Assembly: GCA_017743475.1 (NCBI GenBank)
Contig: JAGHYV010000002.1
Location: 13,844 to 77,843 of the forward strand
DNA length: 64,000 bases
From: Roseiflexus sp.
Lineage (GTDB): Bacteria > Chloroflexota > Chloroflexia > Chloroflexales > Roseiflexaceae
Direction: 5' to 3'
Shown here: positions 9,242-17,340 of the stretch, in pieces
Layout of the letters: every line of letters begins with the position of its first letter
Numbering within the stretch: position 1 is the stretch's first letter
Made by a program: the position numbers and the translations under genes
Notes under the pieces: model-generated
What the model was told of the DNA's origin: nothing
What the model saw: the letters and a program-made list of their open reading frames with translations, nothing else
Database searches by the model: none

Positions 9242-9331
9242 GAATTGAATCCTCAATCTTCATGAGCCCCACAATCAGAACGTTCGGCATACCGGATGAG
9301 TCGCCGGACTACCGCGCAAATACCGGTTTCT
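9242..9331 (+). repeat. ~90-bp degenerate intergenic repeat (second copy 15085-15176)
   Basis: GAATTGAATCC...TCTTCATGAG...CGTTCGGCATACCGG-ATGAG...GACTAC aligns with GAATTAAGTCC...TCTTCATCAG...CGTTCGGCATGCTGG...ATGAG...GACTAC. Confidence 0.6.
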
Positions 9332-9492
9332 GCATAATGTTGGCCCCTCCGCGTCGTTGTCGCCGCGTGGGTGACAACAACAGTTGCGTATCTCCACGTT
9401 TATGCCGACAGTCAGGCGACGTTGTTTCCCCGCCCTCTGTTTCTCGACCCTGTACGCCGCTTTCCAAATCAACAGAAGTCGCCCAACCTTGA

Positions 9493-9520
9493 TTGACACG
9501 TGCGTATCGTTCTGTATACT
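9493..9520 (+). promoter_or_regulatory. Sigma70-type promoter of the His-rich gene
   Basis: TTGACA (9493-9498), 16 bp, TATACT (9515-9520). Confidence 0.6.
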
Positions 9521-9578
9521 AGAGGTAACAGACGCAGGCGCGCCGGATGAGCCTGCCAGGTGGAAAGGAGCCAGAGTG

Positions 9579-9902
9579 ATGTCGCATACGGTTCACGAAC
9601 CGCATCCTCATGTCCACAGCGAGCATTGTGGGCACATTCGCATTCTTCACGACGGGCACGTGGATTATCTGCATGACGGACATCTGCACTACCCGCACGA
9701 GGGGCATTATGATGAGCATGTAATTGCAGTCAGCGCCGATAACCCCGATATCTGCGCTCCCATTGCATGCCAGTGCGGACATGATGGATGCGGACATCCA
9801 CTTGTTCCACATGGTGACCACTACGACTATCTGGTAGATGGACGTTTGCATCACTCCCACGGTGATCACTGCGATGACCATGGTCCGGTGACTGTGGTGT
9901 AG
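9579..9902 (+). CDS. His/Cys/Asp-rich small metal-binding protein with an internally duplicated motif
   Basis: AAGGAG RBS. Two copies of CGH...H(D/G)(G/D)HxDYLxDGxLHxxHxxHxDxH in 107 aa. Confidence 0.8.
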   Translation: MSHTVHEPHPHVHSEHCGHIRILHDGHVDYLHDGHLHYPHEGHYDEHVIAVSADNPDICAPIACQCGHDGCGHPLVPHGDHYDYLVDGRLHHSHGDHCDDHGPVTVV

Positions 9903-10052
9903 GTGAATGTCAGCAGCGAAGGAGTAAGAGCCAGACCTGAGGGTGTGGAAGCCCTGATGCTGCGCATTCAGGTGTGGGTAAGAGCACGCCCCGTTTCCCC
10001 CTTCCTTACACAAGCAAGTTCTCTGACAAGCCTCTGCGCGCTATCTCCCGGT

Positions 10053-10142
10053 TCAGGAATCAGGACGCCCAGGGTCCCCCTTCTCCCACAATGGGAGAAG
10101 GGGGCAGAGGGGGATGAGGGGCAAAAGCGTACCGGAATGCAG
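10053..10142 (+). repeat. REP-like element with a perfect 13-bp hairpin
   Basis: CCCCCTTCTCCCA-CAA-TGGGAGAAGGGGG (10076-10104). Flanks ATCAGGACGCCCA and GCAAAAGCG.AC.GGAATGCAG are shared with 15939-16019. Lies between convergent genes. Confidence 0.8.
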
Positions 10143-10174
10143 AACATCACTCAACAACACACGTCTCGCCGCAA

Positions 10175-10744
10175 TCATCGCAGATCGAACGTTCGCGCGC
10201 GAGGACCGCGATCACTCGCCTCGACAGTGACCGAGATCTGATCACCCTCCTGGAGTGACCGCCGAACCTGGCTGAAGAGCGATCCGTGGACATACACATC
10301 GAACTGCGGATGATCGACGCGCGCAAAGAGGAACCGCCCTGCCGGGTCGATACGCACAATCGTGGCATTGACCGGACCGGATGGGAGTGGACCGGTATAC
10401 GGCTCCCGGTCACGCCGGGAACGTTCGCCCGACCATCCACGCGACTCTCCGCGTGGTCGATCATGCGAGCGTGACCAGTCTTCGGAACGACGTGAACGGG
10501 ATGCGCTGCTTGCCTCAATGGCTTCGTCGGTGATCCTGCCATTCCCCGACACATCGTGGGGGCAGACGCGCCCACCAGTAATATCGGTCAGACTTCGTCC
10601 CTCCTTCCGTGCCCGACGCCCGGCAGGGCAACGGGTCGGTTCGTTCGTAAAGCCTTTCTGCGCATAAAACTCCTGCTCGCCCGCCGTGAACACGAACTCG
10701 CCGCCGCAATCCTTACAGGGAATGTGCTTGTCCTTGAAACTCAT
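10175..10744 (-). CDS. Zinc-ribbon (CxxC-x17-CxxC type) protein fused to a cold-shock/OB domain
   Basis: N-terminal CKDCGGEFVFTAGEQEFYAQKGFTNEPTRCPAG; C-terminal GRFLF...DVYVH...LQEGDQI...GPRA resembles CSD RNP1/RNP2. Confidence 0.75.
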   Translation of the reverse strand: MSFKDKHIPCKDCGGEFVFTAGEQEFYAQKGFTNEPTRCPAGRRARKEGRSLTDITGGRVCPHDVSGNGRITDEAIEASSASRSRRSEDWSRSHDRPRGESRGWSGERSRRDREPYTGPLPSGPVNATIVRIDPAGRFLFARVDHPQFDVYVHGSLFSQVRRSLQEGDQISVTVEASDRGPRARTFDLR

Positions 10745-11024
10745 AGATGGGTGTCCTTACTGTCTCCTTGTCATCCTGATAGTCCCGGATGCGGTCGCCC
10801 TCCCGGAAGACGAGCGAGGTGAGGTTTGGTACGCCTGCCATCAACCTGTCCACGATGAGTGGATAACCGATGCCGGGGTGCAAATGATCTTGTCTATCAG
10901 TTGCAATTTCTACTATACCCGATTGAGGAAACACATGTCAAGGAAATGAACCAGAAAAACGATACGGTCTATCGATGCAGCGTACCGATCACCAGCACGC
11001 TGCATCGATGCATCGGAACTGCAG

Positions 11025-12224
11025 CTACTTGAGGAAGAAGGTGGTATACAGCCCAACCAGGATGAAGAAGGCGAACCACGCGCCCAGCATACCGGTGGCA
11101 ATCGACCCAAATTGTTCTACGCGCGGCGACACGCTGCCATCGCGCTTCGTCCCGCCTGATTGATACAACACCAGCGCCAGGTACGTGACGACGGCAACGC
11201 CGACGATGGTGGTTACGCCAAAAATCAGGATCGACCCCCAATCTATGATGTAGGGGTACTCAGATACGCGATACCCAAACCGTTCCAGAGAGACTGCACG
11301 GATGACTTCCCGCACAACGCCGACCGTCATCAGCGATGCAAACCAGACCAGCAAGGTACGCGGTGCGTGCTGCATCGGTTGCTTCAAGAAGAAGAAATAG
11401 CTGGTCAGCGCCAGTCCAAGACTCGTCAGCGCAACCCCAAGTGGTATGCCGATGCCGAACTCGACGCCTTCCGTCGCTGCCCATAGCAGGCCGGCCAGTG
11501 TATACAGCGGACTGACGACCAGACCGATCAATCGTCCTTGCCTGGCGACCCACTGCATAAAGGGCGCATCCTCTTCAATACGCCGGAAATACCATGCGAA
11601 CAGGGTGAGCACCACTGCCAGGCTCAAGCCCGCCTGCAATGGTAGAAGAAACGTCAGGCGCGGGATATTCCATGAATGGAAAACAACACCGCGCGTGTCG
11701 ATAACACCGTTCGGCGCGTACCATTCCATCCAACGCTCAGGACGGATCGACACCGATGCCAAGACGTGCATCACCCATCCGGCGAAAAAGAGCAACACGA
11801 ACGACGCCACTGCCGACCAGAGCAGTTTTCCGTCGGCGCTCCCTTTGAGATAAAACAGATACGCCAGACCGTAGCCACCCATCATCACAAAGATGAAACT
11901 CACCGACCAGAAACCGGTCAAGGCATTGCTTGCGTACCAGAGAGGGTCATGGATCGTCTGCACGAAGAGCAGCGGCGCAATTCCCGTCACAATGCCGAGT
12001 CCAACCGCGTTGGGCGTCAGCCGTGCTGCGACGCGCCCCAACCGCAGGCGATAGTCAGTCGGGCGCAGGAAACAGGCAATCGAGCACGCGCTCGACCCAA
12101 GCGCCAGGGTTACAAAGAAGATGTGCAAGACCCATGTCACCACCAGCAATACCTGTAATGCAGGCGGATAGAACGGTGCACCCAGCGGGTCGCGCATCCG
12201 TTCGAGCATATCGCCAATGTCCAT
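11025..12224 (-). CDS. CydA-like membrane subunit (second paralog) of a cytochrome bd-superfamily complex
   Basis: ~10 TM segments with WVLHIFFVTLALG, NAVGLGIVTGIAPLLFVQ and REVIR, echoing CydA helices; directly downstream of 12228-13634. Confidence 0.65.
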   Translation of the reverse strand: MDIGDMLERMRDPLGAPFYPPALQVLLVVTWVLHIFFVTLALGSSACSIACFLRPTDYRLRLGRVAARLTPNAVGLGIVTGIAPLLFVQTIHDPLWYASNALTGFWSVSFIFVMMGGYGLAYLFYLKGSADGKLLWSAVASFVLLFFAGWVMHVLASVSIRPERWMEWYAPNGVIDTRGVVFHSWNIPRLTFLLPLQAGLSLAVVLTLFAWYFRRIEEDAPFMQWVARQGRLIGLVVSPLYTLAGLLWAATEGVEFGIGIPLGVALTSLGLALTSYFFFLKQPMQHAPRTLLVWFASLMTVGVVREVIRAVSLERFGYRVSEYPYIIDWGSILIFGVTTIVGVAVVTYLALVLYQSGGTKRDGSVSPRVEQFGSIATGMLGAWFAFFILVGLYTTFFLK

Positions 12225-12227
12225 GTC

Positions 12228-13634
12228 TTACCTCCTGACTTGCGCCTGGGGTTGTGGCGCATACTGCTGTTGAACGAAGTATTCCAAATACAGCGCCATT
12301 GCCGCCCGTTCTTCGGGTGTGCCGACAAACGGGTGCATGTAAGGGAAGGCGCCAATGCGCTGCAGGTACGCTTCAATCTTCGGTGCAGTCGTCATCTTGC
12401 GTCGCTCCAGCAACTGCGCCAGCGAACGCAGTGCCAGGCGCTGATCAAAAATAGTGATCGCCGTCTGATTGCTGACACTGTGGCATGCCGCGCACTGCTG
12501 AATGACCAGCACACGCCCCATCATAACCTGATGATCGGGCAGTCCGGCTGTCGCTCCAACCGAAATCGTCTCTGGACGTGGCAGAAACGGCAGTGAACCG
12601 AGCATACCAGTCTCGTTCAACGGCTCCTCTTCGCTTTGAATTCCACGCGCAGGGATATCGTTGAAGACCAGTTGATTCGAGGACATATAGCCAGCAATAA
12701 TGTCTGGCTTACGAATGACTTCACGGGTGCGCTCCGCGCCAAAAATGGCAGCAAACAGCACTAGCATCGCCCCAAGTGCAATGATCGGATGCTGACGACG
12801 CGGCATTGCCAGCGCAAACAGCAACCCCAGGAAGGTCGCAATCAGCCCACCGACAATGACCGTAAATGTAATAGGTGGAATGGCTGGAGAGCGCAGAATA
12901 GTTTTTGCATGATCCGGAAGCACAGGGTAGAACCAGAGGAACCAAATGCCAAGTGCGATGATCAGCCCGCCGAGCCCTATTGCTGCCGCTGTACGGATGA
13001 TCTGCTCACGCGCGAAATATCCTTTTGGCAAGCTGGTAGCGATTAGCATTACCCAGGCTGCAGTGATGGTGAACATCAGGAAAAACCGCGTGAGCAGCTG
13101 CGGCCAGAAGGTGGGGTTGAAGAAACCGTTCAGGCTCTCACCAGTCGTAAACCAGAGTCCCGGTGTCAACTTGAACGACAGAATGCCGACAATGAGCGTC
13201 AAGGTACCGGTGCCTCCCAACGCCAGAATCCACGCCAGCCGCAGGTGCGTTCGCGGACTGACCCGCCCGAAGGTGTAATAGTAGGCGATAATCCCCACGA
13301 CATCGATCAGGAACATGTACCATTCTGAACCCCAGTAGAGCACAAAATTGTGGATGAGAGTGGAAATACCACGTGGGTTGGCAACAGTCGTAGTTTGCCA
13401 GATTCCCACGCCTGCCAAAGCGCCAAAGACGTATGCGAACACCAATAGCCCCAGTGCACTCCGTTTGAGATAGACGTACAGTTCCGGGCGATTTTCGTAC
13501 ACTGCGCGCCGTTCCAGGTACAGGTTGAACCACGCTGCCGCAACCGTCAGGTGCGAAACAAGGACATGGAAGGCGGACACAATAGCGACGAACATCGCCG
13601 AGTGAATGAAGATACCTTCCCATACCGGATACAT
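12228..13634 (-). CDS. CydA-like membrane protein with C-terminal c-type cytochrome (CxxCH)
   Basis: AFHVLVSH, WGSEWYMFLID and ERTREVIRKP are CydA-like; no Q-loop; CAACH and a distal Met (YMHPF) near the C-terminus; GGAG RBS. Confidence 0.75.
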   Translation of the reverse strand: MYPVWEGIFIHSAMFVAIVSAFHVLVSHLTVAAAWFNLYLERRAVYENRPELYVYLKRSALGLLVFAYVFGALAGVGIWQTTTVANPRGISTLIHNFVLYWGSEWYMFLIDVVGIIAYYYTFGRVSPRTHLRLAWILALGGTGTLTLIVGILSFKLTPGLWFTTGESLNGFFNPTFWPQLLTRFFLMFTITAAWVMLIATSLPKGYFAREQIIRTAAAIGLGGLIIALGIWFLWFYPVLPDHAKTILRSPAIPPITFTVIVGGLIATFLGLLFALAMPRRQHPIIALGAMLVLFAAIFGAERTREVIRKPDIIAGYMSSNQLVFNDIPARGIQSEEEPLNETGMLGSLPFLPRPETISVGATAGLPDHQVMMGRVLVIQQCAACHSVSNQTAITIFDQRLALRSLAQLLERRKMTTAPKIEAYLQRIGAFPYMHPFVGTPEERAAMALYLEYFVQQQYAPQPQAQVRR

Positions 13635-13683
13635 AGGTGCTCCTCGTGATTGCTCAGCGGCGACATATCGTGATATACTTCAC

Positions 13684-13703
13684 GATTATTTGCAATAATA
13701 ATC
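13684..13703. promoter_or_regulatory. Perfect 7-6-7 inverted repeat overlapping the predicted -10/TSS (candidate repressor site)
   Basis: GATTATT-TGCAAT-AATAATC; the minus-strand -10 TATTAT is at 13700-13695. Confidence 0.55.
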
Positions 13704-13722
13704 ACAAAGTATCCGGCTGTCG

Positions 13723-13736
13723 TTGCGCTGGCGCAA
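13723..13736. promoter_or_regulatory. Crp/Fnr-family (NnrR-like) box at -41.5 of the cydA-like promoter
   Basis: TTGCG-CTGG-CGCAA is a perfect 5-4-5 palindrome. Its centre is -41.5 when TATTAT (13700-13695) is taken as -12..-7. Confidence 0.7.
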
Positions 13737-13786
13737 GTTTGCGAGGGCATCGGGAGAGATTATTGAACAGTTGCAACGGTGCGATA

Positions 13787-14473
13787 TTACGACTCGAATG
13801 ACGTCTCCGCCCGCGTGAGCAATTGCTGGCGATCAGTCACAACCACGCACCCGCGTCGACTCTGCACCAGACCCTGCTGTTGCCAGAGATGGAGCAGGCG
13901 ATTGACAGTGTAGTGACTCACGCCGATAAGATCGGCAAGATCGCGCTGCATAATCGGTATCTTCACCTGTCCTGGTGCGCTGATCGGCGCGCCATACTGG
14001 TCAGCGAGGCGGATGAGCGCATGCGCCAGGCGTTGCTCCACATGCTCAGTTGCCAGTTCAAGAAATTGCTGTTGAAGATGATCACGATACTCAGATAGCA
14101 GTCGCAAACTGCTACGCTGGAGCACCGGGTAGCGGTCGATCAAACGGTGCAGGTCGCATGCGCGCCAGGTGAGCAACCGGCAGGGCGAAATCGCCTGTGC
14201 TGCGAGGGTGTACATCCCTTCCGGCAGAACTGCGCTGATCCCGACTATATCCGACGGACCGGACAGGCGAATGACGCTCTGTCGTCCATCAGCAGCGAGT
14301 TTGTAGAGACGTACCCATCCATTCTGCACTGCATATAGCGCTTCCGCCGGAGTATGTTCCTCAAACAAGATTGCACCGCGTCGTGCCTGAGATACACGCG
14401 CATAAGCGGCAATATCGTCGAGCGCCTGGGGATCGAGACCTTCGAAGAGTCGGTAGCGTTCAAGCACGTGCAT
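13787..14473 (-). CDS. Crp/Fnr-family transcriptional regulator (no FNR Cys cluster; Dnr/NnrR-like)
   Basis: cNMP-binding fold (GAILFEE...GWVRLYKLAADGRQ), HVEQRLAHAL and HTH QRDLADLIGVSHYTVNRLL. Confidence 0.88.
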   Translation of the reverse strand: MHVLERYRLFEGLDPQALDDIAAYARVSQARRGAILFEEHTPAEALYAVQNGWVRLYKLAADGRQSVIRLSGPSDIVGISAVLPEGMYTLAAQAISPCRLLTWRACDLHRLIDRYPVLQRSSLRLLSEYRDHLQQQFLELATEHVEQRLAHALIRLADQYGAPISAPGQVKIPIMQRDLADLIGVSHYTVNRLLHLWQQQGLVQSRRGCVVVTDRQQLLTRAETSFES

Positions 14474-14493
14474 AGTGTAATCCTTTTGGGGGC

Positions 14494-14539
14494 GACCGCG
14501 AGATACGCCTGATCCTCCACAACAGGCGCGTCTCGCGTC
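14494..14539. other. Strong stem-loop between the CxxxC ORF and the crp/fnr gene
   Basis: CGCGAGA (14497-14503)/TCTCGCG (14531-14537) and CGCCTG (14506-14511)/CAGGCG (14523-14528); no U-tract. Confidence 0.6.
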
Positions 14540-14588
14540 TCCCGTCAGTTACAATGAAGTAACGGAGAAGATATGCAGGAATGCCGCG

Positions 14589-15038
14589 TTATGATAATGC
14601 TGACAGATGCAAGCGGGCAGGGCGGACGCTACGCGGCGGAGGGGTCAAGGGCGGCAGAGGTTGATGACGGGGGCTATCTTGAACAGTCGGAGTTGCGCCG
14701 ACAGGATGCAGCGCGTGTCCGATCATCAGCAATGTCGTCAGCACGATTGGGTGCACAATCTCCGGCAGATGGTGGCTCAATGGTGTCTGGTCGTCAGAAT
14801 TCAATGTCCGTTCGCCAAAATTGCAGACGAACAGCGGCAATGGCTGTGTCATAAGTCGCTGTACCCACGGCATCACCTGGCAGTGAATGATACACATCAC
14901 TGGGGCATGCAATGCGACACACCAGAAAAGGAACAGAACCAGAGCGCATTGAACCGCGCGCCGTACTGCGCGCATCGGTGGATGAAGGAGAATAACCAGA
15001 TTTGGTGTTGCCGACGAGCCCTCAGGCATCACGATCAA
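14589..15038 (-). CDS. DUF2946/CutF-like small protein (signal/TM segment, CxxxC, Pro-rich C-terminus)
   Basis: Hydrophobic ALVLFLFWCVALH, CIIHC and C-terminal PLPPLTPPPR; likely start at 14975 or upstream. Confidence 0.55.
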   Translation of the reverse strand: MIVMPEGSSATPNLVILLHPPMRAVRRAVQCALVLFLFWCVALHAPVMCIIHCQVMPWVQRLMTQPLPLFVCNFGERTLNSDDQTPLSHHLPEIVHPIVLTTLLMIGHALHPVGATPTVQDSPRHQPLPPLTPPPRSVRPARLHLSALS

Positions 15039-15084
15039 TGCGCTGTCATTTCAGATAAATGTCGAAAGGCACGATGAATTTTCA

Positions 15085-15176
15085 GAATTAAGTCCAGGTT
15101 CTTCATCAGTCTCGCAGCCGGAGCGTTCGGCATGCTGGGAAATGAGCTGCCAGACTACAGGGCGAATTCCAGTTTA
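15085..15176 (+). repeat. Second copy of the ~90-bp repeat at 9242-9331
   Basis: 27/41 identity over the first 41 nt by my ungapped count, plus shared CGTTCGGCAT and GACTAC blocks. Confidence 0.6.
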
Positions 15177-15378
15177 TATTGTCAATCTTCATATGCGTTG
15201 ACCTGGGTGGATCGGCGCATCTCGATAAAGGTGACGATCGGACGCACCGTCATGATAGTAGACTGTGAAAGAAAGCGCAAATCAATCGCCGCTCGTTTTG
15301 CGAGACGCTATCAGTCAATCCCCGGCATATGGTACAATGGGAGAGAAAACGCTGCTCTGGAGTAAGAAGGGCAATGCA

Positions 15379-15843
15379 ATGAGTCGTTTTCTTGACGAAC
15401 GCAGACACACGCTGCCGCCCGCAGTAACGACCCTCGCTGAACAACTTGCTGCTGCCGGGTACAAAGTCACCCAACCGCGCCTCGCAGTGCTTAAAGCGAT
15501 CACGTCGCTGCCCGGTGCATTCAGCGTTCAGGAAGTCGAGCAGTGGCTGATCGAACGTCATGAGTCGCCGGGAATCGCCAGTATCTTTCGCACTATTCGG
15601 CTCCTCTGCGACCTTGGCATGCTCCAGCGCATCCACGGTCTGGACGAGTGCCATCGGTACTGTCTGGGCGGCGGGCACAGTCACCATCTGGTATGCACGC
15701 AGTGCGGCGTTATCGAGCGCTTCGACAACTGTGGCTTGCAGGGAGTTATTTCCGGGCTTGAACAGTCCACCGGCTATCGCATCACCAGCCACGTGGTCGA
15801 ACTGTTTGGTCTATGCCCGCAGTGTCAGTCGATCACAGCCTGA
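15379..15843 (+). CDS. Fur-family transcriptional regulator (Zur-like)
   Basis: KVTQPRLAVL, SIFRTIRLL, HSHHLVCTQCG and FGLCPQC; AGAAGG RBS. Confidence 0.9.
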   Translation: MSRFLDERRHTLPPAVTTLAEQLAAAGYKVTQPRLAVLKAITSLPGAFSVQEVEQWLIERHESPGIASIFRTIRLLCDLGMLQRIHGLDECHRYCLGGGHSHHLVCTQCGVIERFDNCGLQGVISGLEQSTGYRITSHVVELFGLCPQCQSITA

Positions 15844-15938
15844 ACCGGCGGCGATGTCCCACTCCCGTTCCCGGAAACCGCCTGCGGTGCGGTCTGATGT
15901 GGCGCACCCACGGGCGCCGCTGATACAGCGAAGCGTTT

Positions 15939-16019
15939 TCAGGCATCAGGACGCCCAAACTCCCCCTTCTCCACTTGTGGGAGAGGGGAATGAGGAGCAA
16001 AAGCGCACGGGAATGCAGC
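15939..16019 (+). repeat. REP-like element (copy of 10053-10142)
   Basis: TCAGGCATCAGGACGCCCAAACTCCCCCTTCTCCACTTGTGGGAGAGGGGAATGAGGAGCAAAAGCGCACGGGAATGCAG, between convergent fur and permease genes. Confidence 0.8.
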
Positions 16020-16026
16020 AACCGGG

Positions 16027-17160
16027 TTATGATCCGAATATCCGGTTGAGCAACAGTCCTAGCAGCATCACATACGCCGCATACCAGAGCACAACCTTGA
16101 TGGCGTTGATGCGCCCGATCAACCGGTCGAGCATCGCCCATTCCGGGATCGATGAGACTGTAGTTGCCATCATCGCCGCTATCAATGTTCCAATCGGCAC
16201 GATCTGGTGGAGGGCCACCAGGATCGGCCCCGTTGATGCAGCATTGATGTCGAGCGGCAACCCCAGCAGCGTGGCCGCGATCGGACCCCACCATGCAGTA
16301 CCAGCCTGCTTCAGGTACTGGACCAGCGTGAGATTGAAATTGACCAGGATGCCCGCTAGCAATCCGCTGAACAGCACGACGCCGAATAACCGTTTGAACA
16401 GGGTCCACGCCTCACGGTGCGCGCGGGTCAGGATGCTTTCTTTGACACACCCGCAACCGGGATGGTCGGGCAGGTGGCGTTGCACAAACCGCGATGGATC
16501 GAGTCCCAGCAACGGTGCAAGGTACGCCGTGGCCAGCGCCGCAGCAATCCCTGCCAGAACGTAGATGAGTGCGCCGGTCGGACCGACGATCACGAACATG
16601 AATATGATCGCGAACTCATTCAATGCCGGGCTGGCAAACAGAAAGGCGGACGAAGCGCGCTGGCTGGCACCGCCAGCAACAAGCCCGACATACAGGTTCG
16701 TCACTGTGCACGAGCAGACCGGGGTCACCATCCCCATCAGCGTCCCGCCAACGGCGCCGATCAGGTCGTTGCGTCCGATAGTGCGTTCGATCCACGTTGT
16801 GCTGATGCGCAGGCGGATCAGCGCCATGCCATACGTGGTCAAAAACAGGATGATCGGCAGTTTGAACCACTCATATATCGTGTACGATGCGGTATATTTC
16901 ACGTCGAGCGGTCCGAACGGAGTAGGCACAATCCATGCTGGCATCCAGTCGGTCAGCGCCTTCCCCAATGCTTTCCCGGTCTGCGCAATCGGCGCTTCAA
17001 AGACCGGCACGATGCTTCTGGCTTCGGCGCCTGCCAGCCACGCACTCATACTCTGGAACAACGCCATCCCGACAATCAGCGTCAGCACTGCGAGCGAAAT
17101 GATCGGCATCACGCGCTCGAACGATCCACGTGCAGCGGTCAAAGTTGGACGGTTGAGCAT
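16027..17160 (-). CDS. Predicted permease (DUF318/ArsP-like, two-repeat)
   Basis: GMVTPVCSCTV, AFLFASPALNE and a second-repeat LGLPLDI; GGAGAGG RBS before ATG 17160. Confidence 0.8.
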   Translation of the reverse strand: MLNRPTLTAARGSFERVMPIISLAVLTLIVGMALFQSMSAWLAGAEARSIVPVFEAPIAQTGKALGKALTDWMPAWIVPTPFGPLDVKYTASYTIYEWFKLPIILFLTTYGMALIRLRISTTWIERTIGRNDLIGAVGGTLMGMVTPVCSCTVTNLYVGLVAGGASQRASSAFLFASPALNEFAIIFMFVIVGPTGALIYVLAGIAAALATAYLAPLLGLDPSRFVQRHLPDHPGCGCVKESILTRAHREAWTLFKRLFGVVLFSGLLAGILVNFNLTLVQYLKQAGTAWWGPIAATLLGLPLDINAASTGPILVALHQIVPIGTLIAAMMATTVSSIPEWAMLDRLIGRINAIKVVLWYAAYVMLLGLLLNRIFGS

Positions 17161-17173
17161 ATCCTCTCCGTAA

Positions 17174-17190
17174 ATGATAGTAAATATCAT
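17174..17190. promoter_or_regulatory. Fur/Zur-like operator
   Basis: Perfect 6-5-6 palindrome ATGATA-GTAAA-TATCAT just upstream of the permease RBS. Confidence 0.65.
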
Positions 17191-17340
17191 ATACCAAGGA
17201 GACTATACCACTGTACCTGCATTTGTCAAGATGGTGTGTTTTCAAGATAACGCGCTATCGATGTGAGCGCGATCGCAGCGTTGCTGCCCCTGGTGCACCG
17301 ATGGCGCGGCTGGCATCTCGCAATGGTTCGTCTCTTGCCT

